A stretch of 64,000 nucleotides of DNA from an uncultured archaeon (GCA_964640195.1 CAZXIC010000005.1:4996-68995); one strand, 5' to 3'. Counted from the first letter of the stretch, positions 8,875-17,940 are shown. Notes: a model not told the origin generated them from the letters alone. A program made the numbers and translations.

Positions 8875-9687
8875 ATGGCTGCTGAAAGCACATCGGCTGC
8901 AGCTGCGCTTATTGGCAGCGTAAGAATGCTTGCCAGGAAGCCTGTTCTGTTTCTGCCAAGCGTAATCGCAGTTGTGTTGATTCTCGTTTTGAGCTATGTG
9001 TTTGCACCGCTTTTGGAAAACATTGCCTTCAACGTGCTGGTTCTGGGTAAAGTGCCTGACGTGGCGCTCAGCGCCCTGCCATTCCAATTTGCAGCAATGT
9101 ATGCGGCAGACCTTTTGGCGCTGCTGTTGTTTATGGTGCTTGTTGGCGTGTTGTTTATAGCACTTGCATTCTGGTACGCGCTATTCCTAAGGGATGCTGC
9201 AGCCGGCAAAGCCTCGTTTGTGCAGACCTGCAGGGAAACTGTTGCAGCTGTTGAAAAGATTGTTGCTCTTGTGCTGTTTGTTTTGGTAATCGCTGTGTTC
9301 GTTGCTGTCCTGTTCTGGTTTTTTGCCCTGGTTGAATCAGTGCTCGCACCGCTCGGTGTGGTGCTTACTGCAGTCCTTGCAATAGCAATGCTCTACTTAT
9401 ACATAAATCTCGCGTTTACTGTTCAGGCGCTTGCGATTTCCGGGAAAAAGGTGAAGGACGCGCTGCAGCAGAGCTGGCGTTTTGTTGCAGGCAGGTTCCT
9501 GCACACGGTTGTATTCCTTGTAGTTCTTGCAGTCGTATACTATGCGTTAATTTCAGCTGGCTTGGCCCTCTCCGATGCAGCCTTGGATGAGGCAACAGAG
9601 CTCGGCTCAGTGGCAGTGTTCTGGGTGATTGCAGCAAGCTATGCAAATGTCGCCATGGCTCAGTACTACCTCGGGGAAAAGCAGTGA
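8875..9687 (+). CDS. Polytopic membrane protein, unknown function
   Basis: 270 aa with roughly 6 hydrophobic helices by eye. No family recognised. Confidence 0.55.
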   Translation: MAAESTSAAAALIGSVRMLARKPVLFLPSVIAVVLILVLSYVFAPLLENIAFNVLVLGKVPDVALSALPFQFAAMYAADLLALLLFMVLVGVLFIALAFWYALFLRDAAAGKASFVQTCRETVAAVEKIVALVLFVLVIAVFVAVLFWFFALVESVLAPLGVVLTAVLAIAMLYLYINLAFTVQALAISGKKVKDALQQSWRFVAGRFLHTVVFLVVLAVVYYALISAGLALSDAALDEATELGSVAVFWVIAASYANVAMAQYYLGEKQ

Positions 9688-9795
9688 AAACAGCTTAAAA
9701 GATTGGGGCAAAAACAGTTTTCCCTGCAAAAAAAGCATTTAAAGGAATTTAGGGCTTCTTTTATATGCCTATAAGCCTTTTTGCTCGGGATTGAG

Positions 9796-12700
9796 ATGGT
9801 CAAACTTAAGCGCCTTGTTTTGCGCAACTTCAAGTCGTTTAAAAAAGCGGAGATTCCAATCAGCAGGGGCTTTACCTGCATTGTCGGCGGCAACGGCTGC
9901 GGCAAGACAAACATACTGGATGCGCTGCTTTTCGTTATGGGAATCACCTCCCTGAAAGCCCTCAGGGCAGGGAAGCTCACAGAGCTGGTGAACAACAATA
10001 CCGTGGAAAACTACGCAAAGGTTGAGCTGACGCTGGGCGACGGTGACAACAACTACACCATACAGAGGATGATTGACAAGCAGGGAAAGTGCGTTTACAG
10101 GCTTGACGGCCAAAGAAAAACACTGGGGGAAATTTCTTCGCTGCTGCTTGAGCTTGGCTTGAGGCCTGATGGCCATAACATCGTTGCACAGGGCGATGTC
10201 ACAAGGGTCATTGAAATGAACCCGGAGCAGAGGAGGCAGATAATAGACGAAACAGCAGGATTGCAGGAATTTGATGAGAAAAAGGAAGAAGCGCTTAAGA
10301 ACCTGGACAAGGTTGACGTAAAGCTGCGCAATGCAAACATCGTTCTGCAGGAAAGGGAAAATTATCTGGCTGAACTGCAGGAGGAAAAAAAAGCAGCAGT
10401 GCTGTTCAAGCAGCTGCAGGAAGAGCGCAAAAGGGCAAAGGCAACAGTGCTGACCTGTGAGATTTGGAAAATAAACAAGTCGCTCAGGGAAGGCGGCAAG
10501 AGGATTTCTGGGCTTGGCTCGGAGAGGGAAGCAGAGCAGCAGCAGGCAGAGCAGGCAGCTGCAGAGGCAGAGAAACTGAAAGCAGAGTCAAACAAGCTCG
10601 GTGAGGAAATGCTGGGCAGCAGCGAAAATACCTACGCAACTGTCGGCGCAAGGCTTGAGGAGGCAAAAGCCGAAAAGAGCCAGCTGCTTGAAAGGATTGA
10701 GAGGAAACAGGAGCTGGTTGCAAGAAACAACAGGAGGCTTGAAGAGAACAAGGGAGGCGTAGCAGGCATTGAGGCTGAGGTCAGGGCAGAAGAGCAGAGG
10801 ATTGCACAGATTTGCAGCGAACTGCCTGGGCTGCGCAACGAACTGCAATCTGTTGAGGAAAAGAAGGCGCTGCTTGAAAAAAGGCTGAAGAAAAGCGAGC
10901 AGTCCCTGCAGGAAAGGAACGCTGCCGAGGAAAGGCTTTCGCTGCTGCTTGCTGAACTCAATGAGCGGAGAACGAAGGCAGTAAGCGCCCTGAACGTGCT
11001 GCAGAACGAGATGGCAATGAAAAAGGAGCTGCTGCAGCAACTGCTGCTGGAACAGGAACAGCTGGCTGCAAAGCTGGATGAAAGGGACAAAAGCAGGCAA
11101 TTGTTGAATACGCTGCACAGGCAGTTTGAAAACCCTGCCCGGCAGCTTTCTGCAACTGAGAAGCAGAACATTTCCTGCCTGGATGAGCTGAAAGCAGTGG
11201 AGGCGGAAAAAAGGGGCTTGGCTGAGAGCATTGCAGTGCTTGGGAAAAGCGTTGCAATTTGCCCTGTCTGCGAAAGCGAGCTGCGGAAGCAGAGAAAGGA
11301 GGATTTGTTGAAGAGGAAGCAATCCGCATTAAAGGGGCTTGCAGCCAGGGAGGCAGAGCTTGGGGCAAGGAAAGCACAGCTTCAGAAGAAGGAAAAGGAG
11401 TTAAGGGAAACTGTGGAAAAGGAAAAAGAGCTGGTTTTCCAGCTGAGGGACAGCGGTGAATTGAAGGAAAGGTCTGCGGCGTGCAGAAAAAAAACAGGGG
11501 AAATAAAGGCTTTTCTTGGGGAAAACAGCGTTGAAAAGAAATCCGGGGAAATAGGTGCAATTGAGGCAGAGATAAAAGGGCAAAAGGCGGAAATGGATAG
11601 AATTGCAGGGCAGAGAAGGCAGTTCACCGAAGGCGCTGCGCTGGAGCAATTCAGGCACGCAAGCAACAAGGCGCTTGAACTGCGCCAACGGCTGCATGAG
11701 CTGGAGCAGGAGAAGCAGGCAATCGCTGGAAAGGCAATCGGACAGCTGCAAAAGCAGAAGCAAAGCATGCTTTCAGAAATAGAGGCACTCAAAACGGAAA
11801 ACAAGGAAACTGTTGCGGAGATTGAGGAAACAAAGGAGGAACTGCAGAAAACCGGCGTAAGGATTGATGAGCTCGAAAAGGAAATGGCGGATGCTGAAAA
11901 GCGCAACAAAAAAACAGCGGAGAAAAAAAAACAATTGGATGCAAAAATAGAGAAGCTCGGCAGCGAGGAAAAAAGCCACGGGCAGAAGTTAAGAACCCTG
12001 GAGCAGGAGGAAAACGCCCTGCGGATTGAAAAAAGTAGGCAAGAGGTGCGCTTGGCTGACATTCAGGAAGAAGCGAGCCAGTTTGAAGGCGTTGGAACAA
12101 TTGAAAAATTCACCCCTAAGCAGCTCGGCGACAGAATTGCTGAAATAGACAAAAAGATTCAGCAGATGGGCGCAATCAACATGCGGGCAATTGAATCGTT
12201 CGACCAGCTGGCTGCCGAGGTGCAGGATGTAAGGAAAAAAGTGGAACAGCTGGAGCGGGAAAGGCAGGCTGTGCTGCAGATGATTGAGAAGATTGACTTG
12301 AGAAGAAAAAACATCTTCATGCGCTGCTTTGAAGCGTTGAACAAAAACTTTTCAAGCCTTTTTTTCAGGCTGTTCAGTGGAGAAGGCAGGCTCAGCCTGA
12401 GCGACCCGCAGCAGCCCCTCGATAGCGGGCTGCTGATTGAGGCAAAGCACAAGGGCGAGAGCATCCAGAACATTGACAGCATGTCCGGAGGGGAGAAAAC
12501 ACTGACAGCGCTTGCATTCCTGTTTGCAATCCAGCTGTATGAGCCGGCTCCCTTTTATGTTTTCGATGAGGCAGATGCTGCCTTGGACAAGGAGAACTCA
12601 ATGAAGATGGTTAAAATAATCAAGGACGTCAGCAGGCAGAGCCAGTTTATTGCAATAACCCACAACGACCCCCTGATTCAGAAGGCAGACCAAATAATCG

Positions 12701-12801
12701 GCGTAACATTGAACAAGCAGAGGAGCAGCGTTATTGGATTGAAGCTGAGGGAAAAGATTGCTGCCGAAGAGGCAATAGCAAAGCAGCCTGTTGTTTCCTA
12801 A
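9796..12801 (+). CDS. smc: SMC-type ABC ATPase with coiled-coil arms and a central CxxC (zinc-hook-like) motif instead of a hinge
   Basis: N-terminal head 'LRNFKSFKK..GFTCIVGGNGCGKTNILDALLFVMG'. SMC-specific neck 'PDGHNIVAQGDVTRVIEMNPEQRRQIIDETAGLQEFDEKKEEALKNL'. C-terminal signature 'MSGGEKTLTALAFLFAIQLYEPAPFYVFDEADAALD' plus the H-loop 'ITHN'. About 650 aa of heptad-like E/K/L/Q sequence lie between the heads. 'CPVC' is at nt 11260-11271, residue ~489 of 1001. Confidence 0.85.
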   Translation: MVKLKRLVLRNFKSFKKAEIPISRGFTCIVGGNGCGKTNILDALLFVMGITSLKALRAGKLTELVNNNTVENYAKVELTLGDGDNNYTIQRMIDKQGKCVYRLDGQRKTLGEISSLLLELGLRPDGHNIVAQGDVTRVIEMNPEQRRQIIDETAGLQEFDEKKEEALKNLDKVDVKLRNANIVLQERENYLAELQEEKKAAVLFKQLQEERKRAKATVLTCEIWKINKSLREGGKRISGLGSEREAEQQQAEQAAAEAEKLKAESNKLGEEMLGSSENTYATVGARLEEAKAEKSQLLERIERKQELVARNNRRLEENKGGVAGIEAEVRAEEQRIAQICSELPGLRNELQSVEEKKALLEKRLKKSEQSLQERNAAEERLSLLLAELNERRTKAVSALNVLQNEMAMKKELLQQLLLEQEQLAAKLDERDKSRQLLNTLHRQFENPARQLSATEKQNISCLDELKAVEAEKRGLAESIAVLGKSVAICPVCESELRKQRKEDLLKRKQSALKGLAAREAELGARKAQLQKKEKELRETVEKEKELVFQLRDSGELKERSAACRKKTGEIKAFLGENSVEKKSGEIGAIEAEIKGQKAEMDRIAGQRRQFTEGAALEQFRHASNKALELRQRLHELEQEKQAIAGKAIGQLQKQKQSMLSEIEALKTENKETVAEIEETKEELQKTGVRIDELEKEMADAEKRNKKTAEKKKQLDAKIEKLGSEEKSHGQKLRTLEQEENALRIEKSRQEVRLADIQEEASQFEGVGTIEKFTPKQLGDRIAEIDKKIQQMGAINMRAIESFDQLAAEVQDVRKKVEQLERERQAVLQMIEKIDLRRKNIFMRCFEALNKNFSSLFFRLFSGEGRLSLSDPQQPLDSGLLIEAKHKGESIQNIDSMSGGEKTLTALAFLFAIQLYEPAPFYVFDEADAALDKENSMKMVKIIKDVSRQSQFIAITHNDPLIQKADQIIGVTLNKQRSSVIGLKLREKIAAEEAIAKQPVVS

Positions 12802-12807
12802 AAAAAG

Positions 12808-13245
12808 CTATTTTTTGCTTTTGTCCAGAAACGCGTCAAAAACCCTGCCGATTATCAGGATGGCAAGCGTAATTATCGTGGCAACAGCAGCCAAAAAATA
12901 GTAGCCGATTCCTACACTCAAGCCGATTGCAGCAATAACCCACAGGTCTGCTGCTGTTGTAAGGCCTTTCAGCCTGTCCTGCTCCCTGAAGATGTTGCCG
13001 GCTGCAATAAAACCAATGCCTGCTACAACCCCTGCGGCAATCCTTGAAATGTCAACAATGCCTGTGCCCTCAATCCCCGCAAAAGACAGGGAAACAAGCG
13101 TAAAGAGTGTTGCGCCAGTGCACACAAGGACATGCGTCCTCAGCCCAGCTGGCTTCTCATGCATTTCCCTCTCAACGCCGATCAGCCCGCCCAATAGAGC
13201 AGATATCAGCAGCCTTTCAACCAACAATGTTTCCGCTATCATCAC
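12808..13245 (-). CDS. MgtC/SapB-family membrane protein
   Basis: 'LLGGLIGVEREMHEKPAGLRTHVLVCTGATLFTLVS' is the MgtC-family N-terminal signature. 145 aa with 4-5 TM helices. Confidence 0.8.
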   Translation of the reverse strand: MMIAETLLVERLLISALLGGLIGVEREMHEKPAGLRTHVLVCTGATLFTLVSLSFAGIEGTGIVDISRIAAGVVAGIGFIAAGNIFREQDRLKGLTTAADLWVIAAIGLSVGIGYYFLAAVATIITLAILIIGRVFDAFLDKSKK

Positions 13246-13260
13246 AGTCCCGGAGGTAAT

Positions 13261-15615
13261 TTATCCGCCCTGCTTAATAATTCTTCCCTTCCCCCTCTTC
13301 GGCTTTTTTGCAGTCTTGCCCTCGGTTTTTGCAATGCTTTCCTCGATTGCCGTTTTTTCAGCCTTTACCTTTCCCACCTCGCTCTTTATGGTTTCCTTCA
13401 GGGCATCAATCCTGTTAGAGCAAAACTGCATTGCTTCCTGGAAGTCAGTTTCAGTTATATTGCCCTTCTTGAACTCCTTCCTCAGCCTCCTGATTGCCCT
13501 CTCGAACGCAAACAGCTTGCTTTTGCTCAAATCCAATTCAACATAGCTCTTGCTGAGCTGCCGCCTTTCCTCAAGCAATTCGTCCAGCCGTTTTTTGTAC
13601 ATTGCACTGAGCTTGCTGTAATCACTTGCTATCAGCTTCTCTTCGTCAAGGTCTTGCTTTAACCTTTTCTGCTTTTTCAATACAGCCCTAATCTCTGACT
13701 CCAGCGAAACATGCCTAATCTTGGGCATTCTTCTGGTTAGGGTGAAGAACAGCAGCACTGCGGCCACTGCCGATAGAAAAGAGGCCAAAAAAACCAAAAC
13801 CAACAGTGGGGGAATGCTCAGTGTTTGGGAGGGCATTACTGCCAGAAACCTCGACTCAGGCAACGTTTCCAGGTACTGGAAGGAGCTGGAAGCGGAGTTA
13901 GCCATGGCCTCAGCCATAAAAACAAGGCTTAGCCCGCTCTTGGCGCTTTCCAGTGCCTTGCTCTGCTGCTGCTGGCTGTAAAAATCGCAGCCCATGAGGT
14001 AATACCTTGCGTGGTCCAGGTAAAGCCTTGCCCAAACAAAGCTGTACTCGCTTTGCTCAAGCCTTGCTTCCAGGGCAGCGATTTTCTGCTGCAGTGAGTC
14101 TCTCAACTGGTTCAGGTCCTTGTTCTTTACGAATATTTCCGCATTGATTAAGGCAAGGGCGGAAGACGAATCAAACAGGGCAGCGTAATGCCATCCCCTG
14201 GCTCTCTCCAATTTCGCTGCATTCAATCTCCTTGATATGTCCTCTGCTTCCTCTTCGCCTACCATTGCAATGCCCTTATCAGCGTTTGCAATATAGCTGT
14301 CAACTGCGTTCAAAAAGTGCTGGTCTGGGAGAACCCTCCTGCTACTCTTTTTCGTTAATTCAAAGAAATCAAGTGCAATGTTATGCCAGGCAAGGGCAAA
14401 CTCATAGTCCAGCAGCTCTGCCAGACGCTGTTCGTCAACGCTGTCGCCGCCGATTGTTATAACCAGCTCTTTTTCCATCAGCAGCTCATCAACGTTCAGC
14501 TTTGCCCAGCTAAGCCTCTGTTTGGCAGCAACGTGCCATTCAAACGCGTCAACAGAAACAAACCGGTTCAAGTCAACTGACAGGCTGTCTATTTGCCTGC
14601 TTAGCTCATTGACCCTTGAATCAAGCATCGTGTTGCTTGGTGAAAGCAGTTGCGGGCTTTCCGCCGCATCCTTAACGAAACTGCTGTCCACAATTGCAAG
14701 AAACGCATAGTTGCCTGCGCTGTACAAGTAGTTCTGGTCAAGCAGAATCCTTGCGTCCTCCAGCGTTTTCTCGCTGTTGGTTAGGTAGCGCAGCAGCGCA
14801 TCTATGAGCGCGGGGTCGTTTAACAGCGTTCCGCTCAAAGCGCTTCTTGCCTTGCTGATGCTTTCACCTGCCTCTTCAATATAGCCCTCGATAAGTGAAT
14901 GCATTGGCTGCAGGTTTTGGGCGAAAGAAATGGGATGCGGCACAAATTCTGGCAAAACAATCTCTGGGGCGTTTACGTCAATGGTTTCAGGGTCGGCAAA
15001 GGCGTACAGCAGAATATCGTTGATGTTGCTTACCTCAACAACCTTCAAACCCCAGTTGCTAAGCGCATAAGAGACAAGGTTTATTGACTGAACGCCGCTA
15101 GGCAGTTTCACAGTCTGCCTGGCTTCACCCGGCGGAATCATGAAAACGCTTATGCCTGTTTTTGCAGCCTCTTTGCTTTTCTCGAAAACGCCGCCGACCG
15201 GGCCAACGCTGCCGTCTGCAGCAATCGTGCCTGTTAAAGCAACATTGTCCGGAACCCTCTTGTCCTGCAGCATTGCAATCACCAAAAGGGTCATGGCTGC
15301 CCCAGCGCTCGGCCCTTCAACCAGGGAAGCATTGCTGTTGATGTCAAAGAAGTAGTCGTGCTTGTCGACAACATTGCTGTACCTTTTTGCAATCTGCACA
15401 GCCAGCTTCTCCGTTGTCTGTGTGCTTGTTCCAACCAAGGGCTCGGTGCTGGTCCACACCTCGCCACTGCCTTCCTTTATCCGCAGGCCGAGGTCAGCGC
15501 TTAAGGCCCCGCCGCTATCTGTTACCGCAAATACCTTGATTGAATCGCTGGTTATTACTGCGCAGGCGTCTGCGGAAAGCAGCAGAAAAAAAAGCAGGGC
15601 AATTGCTCTCTTCAT
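13261..15615 (-). CDS. Exported/membrane-anchored Lon-type (S16) serine protease lacking an AAA+ module
   Basis: Signal peptide 'MKRAIALLFFLLLSADACA'. Lon proteolytic domain 'VEGPSAGAAMTLLVIAMLQDKRVPDNVALTGTIAADGSVGPVGGVFEKSKEAAKTGISVFMIP' (Ser-Lys dyad context). Then a ~350-aa helical region, one TM helix ('LLVLVFLASFLSAVAAVLLFFTL') and a ~160-aa K/E-rich coiled-coil tail. Confidence 0.8.
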   Translation of the reverse strand: MKRAIALLFFLLLSADACAVITSDSIKVFAVTDSGGALSADLGLRIKEGSGEVWTSTEPLVGTSTQTTEKLAVQIAKRYSNVVDKHDYFFDINSNASLVEGPSAGAAMTLLVIAMLQDKRVPDNVALTGTIAADGSVGPVGGVFEKSKEAAKTGISVFMIPPGEARQTVKLPSGVQSINLVSYALSNWGLKVVEVSNINDILLYAFADPETIDVNAPEIVLPEFVPHPISFAQNLQPMHSLIEGYIEEAGESISKARSALSGTLLNDPALIDALLRYLTNSEKTLEDARILLDQNYLYSAGNYAFLAIVDSSFVKDAAESPQLLSPSNTMLDSRVNELSRQIDSLSVDLNRFVSVDAFEWHVAAKQRLSWAKLNVDELLMEKELVITIGGDSVDEQRLAELLDYEFALAWHNIALDFFELTKKSSRRVLPDQHFLNAVDSYIANADKGIAMVGEEEAEDISRRLNAAKLERARGWHYAALFDSSSALALINAEIFVKNKDLNQLRDSLQQKIAALEARLEQSEYSFVWARLYLDHARYYLMGCDFYSQQQQSKALESAKSGLSLVFMAEAMANSASSSFQYLETLPESRFLAVMPSQTLSIPPLLVLVFLASFLSAVAAVLLFFTLTRRMPKIRHVSLESEIRAVLKKQKRLKQDLDEEKLIASDYSKLSAMYKKRLDELLEERRQLSKSYVELDLSKSKLFAFERAIRRLRKEFKKGNITETDFQEAMQFCSNRIDALKETIKSEVGKVKAEKTAIEESIAKTEGKTAKKPKRGKGRIIKQGG

Positions 15616-15697
15616 GACAGCTATTAATTAGCCAAAAGGGGCTATAAATAACTTGCGTGTTGGAAAAAGCAGGCAGAAAAAAGAAAAAAAGGCATGC

Positions 15698-16006
15698 TCA
15701 GCCGAACAGGCTGCTCAAGCCTTCTGCTGCCTCTTCCTCGCTCTTGCCCTCTTCCGCAGCCTTTTCTTCTTTCTTGCCCTCTGGCTTCCCTGCAGCAGGC
15801 GCTGCTGCAGACGCAGCAACCGCTGGAGCAGCTGCTGCCTTCTTGATTGCTTCAGCTATGTTTACGTCCTTCAGAGAAGCAACCAATGCCTTTACCCTTG
15901 CGGAATCCGGCTTTTCGCCGGCAGCTTCCAGCACTTTTGTCACAGCTGCCTCCTTGACTTCCTTTCCGGCAGCGTGCAACAGCAATGCGGCATACACGTA
16001 TTGCAT
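15698..16006 (-). CDS. rpl12: Ribosomal stalk protein P1 (aL12)
   Basis: '[17 protein letters not shown]...' with an Ala-rich hinge and the conserved C-terminus '[13 protein letters not shown]'. Start set at ATG 16006, which is preceded by AAGGAGGT. Confidence 0.93.
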   Translation of the reverse strand: MQYVYAALLLHAAGKEVKEAAVTKVLEAAGEKPDSARVKALVASLKDVNIAEAIKKAAAAPAVAASAAAPAAGKPEGKKEEKAAEEGKSEEEAAEGLSSLFG

Positions 16007-16043
16007 TTTCTTGACCTCCTTCAAATTTTTTTAATAAAAAAAA

Positions 16044-17153
16044 TTAAGCATCCTTCTTTTCACCCGCCCCTTGCTTTGCTGGCTTGTCATCTTTTTTTCC
16101 CTCAGCTGGCTTTTCCCCTTTCGCTTCTCCCCCTCCTTTCTTTGCAGGGGCAGGCTTTTCTCCAGCAGGCTTCTCTTTGCCCTCGGGCTTTTCTTTCCCT
16201 TCTGCTGCTTTTTCCTCTTCGGGCTTTTCTTTCCCTTCTGCTGCTTTTTCATCTTCTGGCTTTTCTTTCCCTCCTGCTGATTTTTCATCTTCTGGCTTTT
16301 CTTCGACTGGCACTTGTTGCAGGGCTTCTTTCAAGGCGCTTGCCTGCTTTGCACCTTTTTCCAGCAATTCCTCTGCTGTTGCGCTGTTGAGGATGTTTGC
16401 CTCCAGCGAAAGTGCTTTCGCGTTCCTGAAGCATTTTGACAGCAGGAAATCAATTGTTTCAGCATTGCAGTGGCAAACCTCAACAGCCAGGTTGAACGCG
16501 TTCCTGCGGGCTTCAACGAATTGCCCAAATGCCTTTTCTGTGTCAATGTCCAGAACGCCTGCTGTAAAAACAAGCCCGTTTTCCAGGCATGCAACAATAT
16601 TCAATCCGACCTTAATCGGCTTTATGTCAAGCTTTGCAAGCGCAGCCGCAACAGCAGGGCTTATCTCTTCGCCCTTTTTCGCAACAACCTTCTCCTCTGC
16701 AATGGAGATAGTCGGCCCCTTCACAATTGTTTTAAGGCCAGCCTGCTTCAGGTCGCTCAAGGCAGGCCCTGGCAGCAGCCCTGTGTCGCCGGCGGGCACA
16801 ACAATGTCATCAGGCGCAATCATTCCAGGCTTTGCAGGGACACTGCCCTTGCTTCTCTTCAGAAAAGCAAACAATTCAAACGGGTTCATTTCAGAAAAAA
16901 TGACCGCAATGCTGCCCCTGACATGCTGCAGCAGGTCTTTGGCATCCGTTTTTGAGCTGCCAAGTGCCTTTTTCACCACCCGGGTTTTGCTCACCACAAC
17001 AACGGCTTTTCCATGCAGCCTCTTCCTCAGCACCTGCGCCAAAGAGGCGGGAAAATTCTGCAGGGAGGCAATTGCAATAACCGGAAAGCGCTCTGAAAGG
17101 CTTTTGAGTTGCTGCAGCTGTCCCTCCTTCCACTGCCTTGTGTGCACTGTCAT
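16044..17153 (-). CDS. rpl10: Ribosomal stalk protein P0 (uL10) with repetitive K/E/P tail
   Basis: The position (L1-P0-P1 operon, ATGA overlap with L1) and the N-terminal uL10 fold sequence support the call. The C-terminal ~90 aa are 'EKPEDEKAAEGK'-type repeats ending '...KQGAGEKKDA'. Confidence 0.9.
   Translation of the reverse strand: MTVHTRQWKEGQLQQLKSLSERFPVIAIASLQNFPASLAQVLRKRLHGKAVVVVSKTRVVKKALGSSKTDAKDLLQHVRGSIAVIFSEMNPFELFAFLKRSKGSVPAKPGMIAPDDIVVPAGDTGLLPGPALSDLKQAGLKTIVKGPTISIAEEKVVAKKGEEISPAVAAALAKLDIKPIKVGLNIVACLENGLVFTAGVLDIDTEKAFGQFVEARRNAFNLAVEVCHCNAETIDFLLSKCFRNAKALSLEANILNSATAEELLEKGAKQASALKEALQQVPVEEKPEDEKSAGGKEKPEDEKAAEGKEKPEEEKAAEGKEKPEGKEKPAGEKPAPAKKGGGEAKGEKPAEGKKDDKPAKQGAGEKKDA
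16185..16300 (-). repeat. About 3.3 tandem copies of a 36-nt coding repeat inside the P0 tail
   Basis: Plus-strand units start at 16185, 16221 and 16257 (GGGCTTTTCTTTCCCTTCTGCTGCTTTTTCCTCTTC and close variants), followed by a partial fourth unit. They encode 12-aa 'EEKAAEGKEKPE'-type repeats (variant 'EDEKAAEGKEKP'). Confidence 0.85.
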
Positions 17154-17824
17154 GCCTTCCCAGCCCCCTTTCCCCCGACTCTTATCGGCGGGCCCATTGT
17201 CTCCTTCACATAAACAGACTTGATGTTTCCCTGCCTTTGCGGCAGTTTTGCAACAATTGCGTCAACAACAGAAGCGGCATTTGCTGCAAGCTGCTCATCC
17301 GGCATTTTTTCATTGCCAATTACAACCTGCACAACCGGCATAAACTTCCCCTTTTTGTTTGTAACCCTCGTAACGCTGCTTGCCTGGCTTAGCATTGCCC
17401 CTACCGCTGCAGGCTGCGGCTGCACAGGCTTGGGCATTTTTCCTTTCGGCGCCAGCTGCTGCCCGAGGTAACGCCCAACCGGAATCATCACAGGGCCTTC
17501 AGCAAGCAGCACATCAAATTGGTTTGCAATCTGGGCAACAGCTTTGCTGTCCAATTTCGGGATATCTGCTTCATTGATTATCCTGTCAACTTTCCCATGC
17601 ATCGCAGCAATGAATGCCTTGTCCCTTGCAAAAAGAAGCGTTTTTCCGCCGCTTTTCTTGCCTGTCGCATGAGGCATGCCCACCCTTATGTCAATCTGGT
17701 TCTCCGGCTTTTTGAAATCCATGCCCTTAAAGTTCACTATCAATTCAATGCTCTGGACAAAGCGCCTCTGCTTGCTCTGCTGCCGCATTAGGTGCAAAGC
17801 GCCCTGCAAATCTTTTTGGTTCAT
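17150..17824 (-). CDS. rpl1: Ribosomal protein uL1
   Basis: 224 aa in the position between L11 and P0. The sequence ('FVQSIELIVNFKGMDFKKPENQIDIRV..') is typical of L1. Confidence 0.92.
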   Translation of the reverse strand: MNQKDLQGALHLMRQQSKQRRFVQSIELIVNFKGMDFKKPENQIDIRVGMPHATGKKSGGKTLLFARDKAFIAAMHGKVDRIINEADIPKLDSKAVAQIANQFDVLLAEGPVMIPVGRYLGQQLAPKGKMPKPVQPQPAAVGAMLSQASSVTRVTNKKGKFMPVVQVVIGNEKMPDEQLAANAASVVDAIVAKLPQRQGNIKSVYVKETMGPPIRVGGKGAGKA

Positions 17825-17940
17825 CTAATTTCCTCCCACACAGCATTGAAGCTGGAGTGGTGCAAACGGAGTCAGAAAAAGACTCTCGTGTTAAACCTTA
17901 AGGTATTAAAAATTTAAAACGGAATAATTTAAAAAACAAT

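Noticed and set aside
10362-12062. Long antisense ORFs (199-244 aa) opposite the SMC gene.
   Set aside because: They are Ser/Leu/Phe/Cys low-complexity mirror images of the E/K/Q/L-rich coiled-coil codons and have no motifs. They are artefacts of biased composition.
16185-16300. CRISPR-like array (regular 36-nt repeats).
   Set aside because: The units are directly tandem with no spacers, lie in frame inside the P0 gene, and encode a 12-aa peptide repeat. No cas genes are present anywhere in the window.
15653-17223. Plus-strand ORFs of 245 and 379 aa opposite the P1/P0 genes.
   Set aside because: They are antisense to unmistakable ribosomal stalk genes, repetitive, and rich in Phe/Ser/Leu/Cys. 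They were judged spurious.
17825-17940. An L1 autoregulatory mRNA mimic in the L11-L1 intergenic region (hairpin GAGTC-AGAAAAA-GACTC at 17869-17885).
   Set aside because: The region clearly holds a T-tract, a TATA-like box (17904-17918, minus strand) and a GGAGG ribosome-binding site. I cannot match the hairpin to the 23S L1-binding motif from memory, and it may lie upstream of the TSS.
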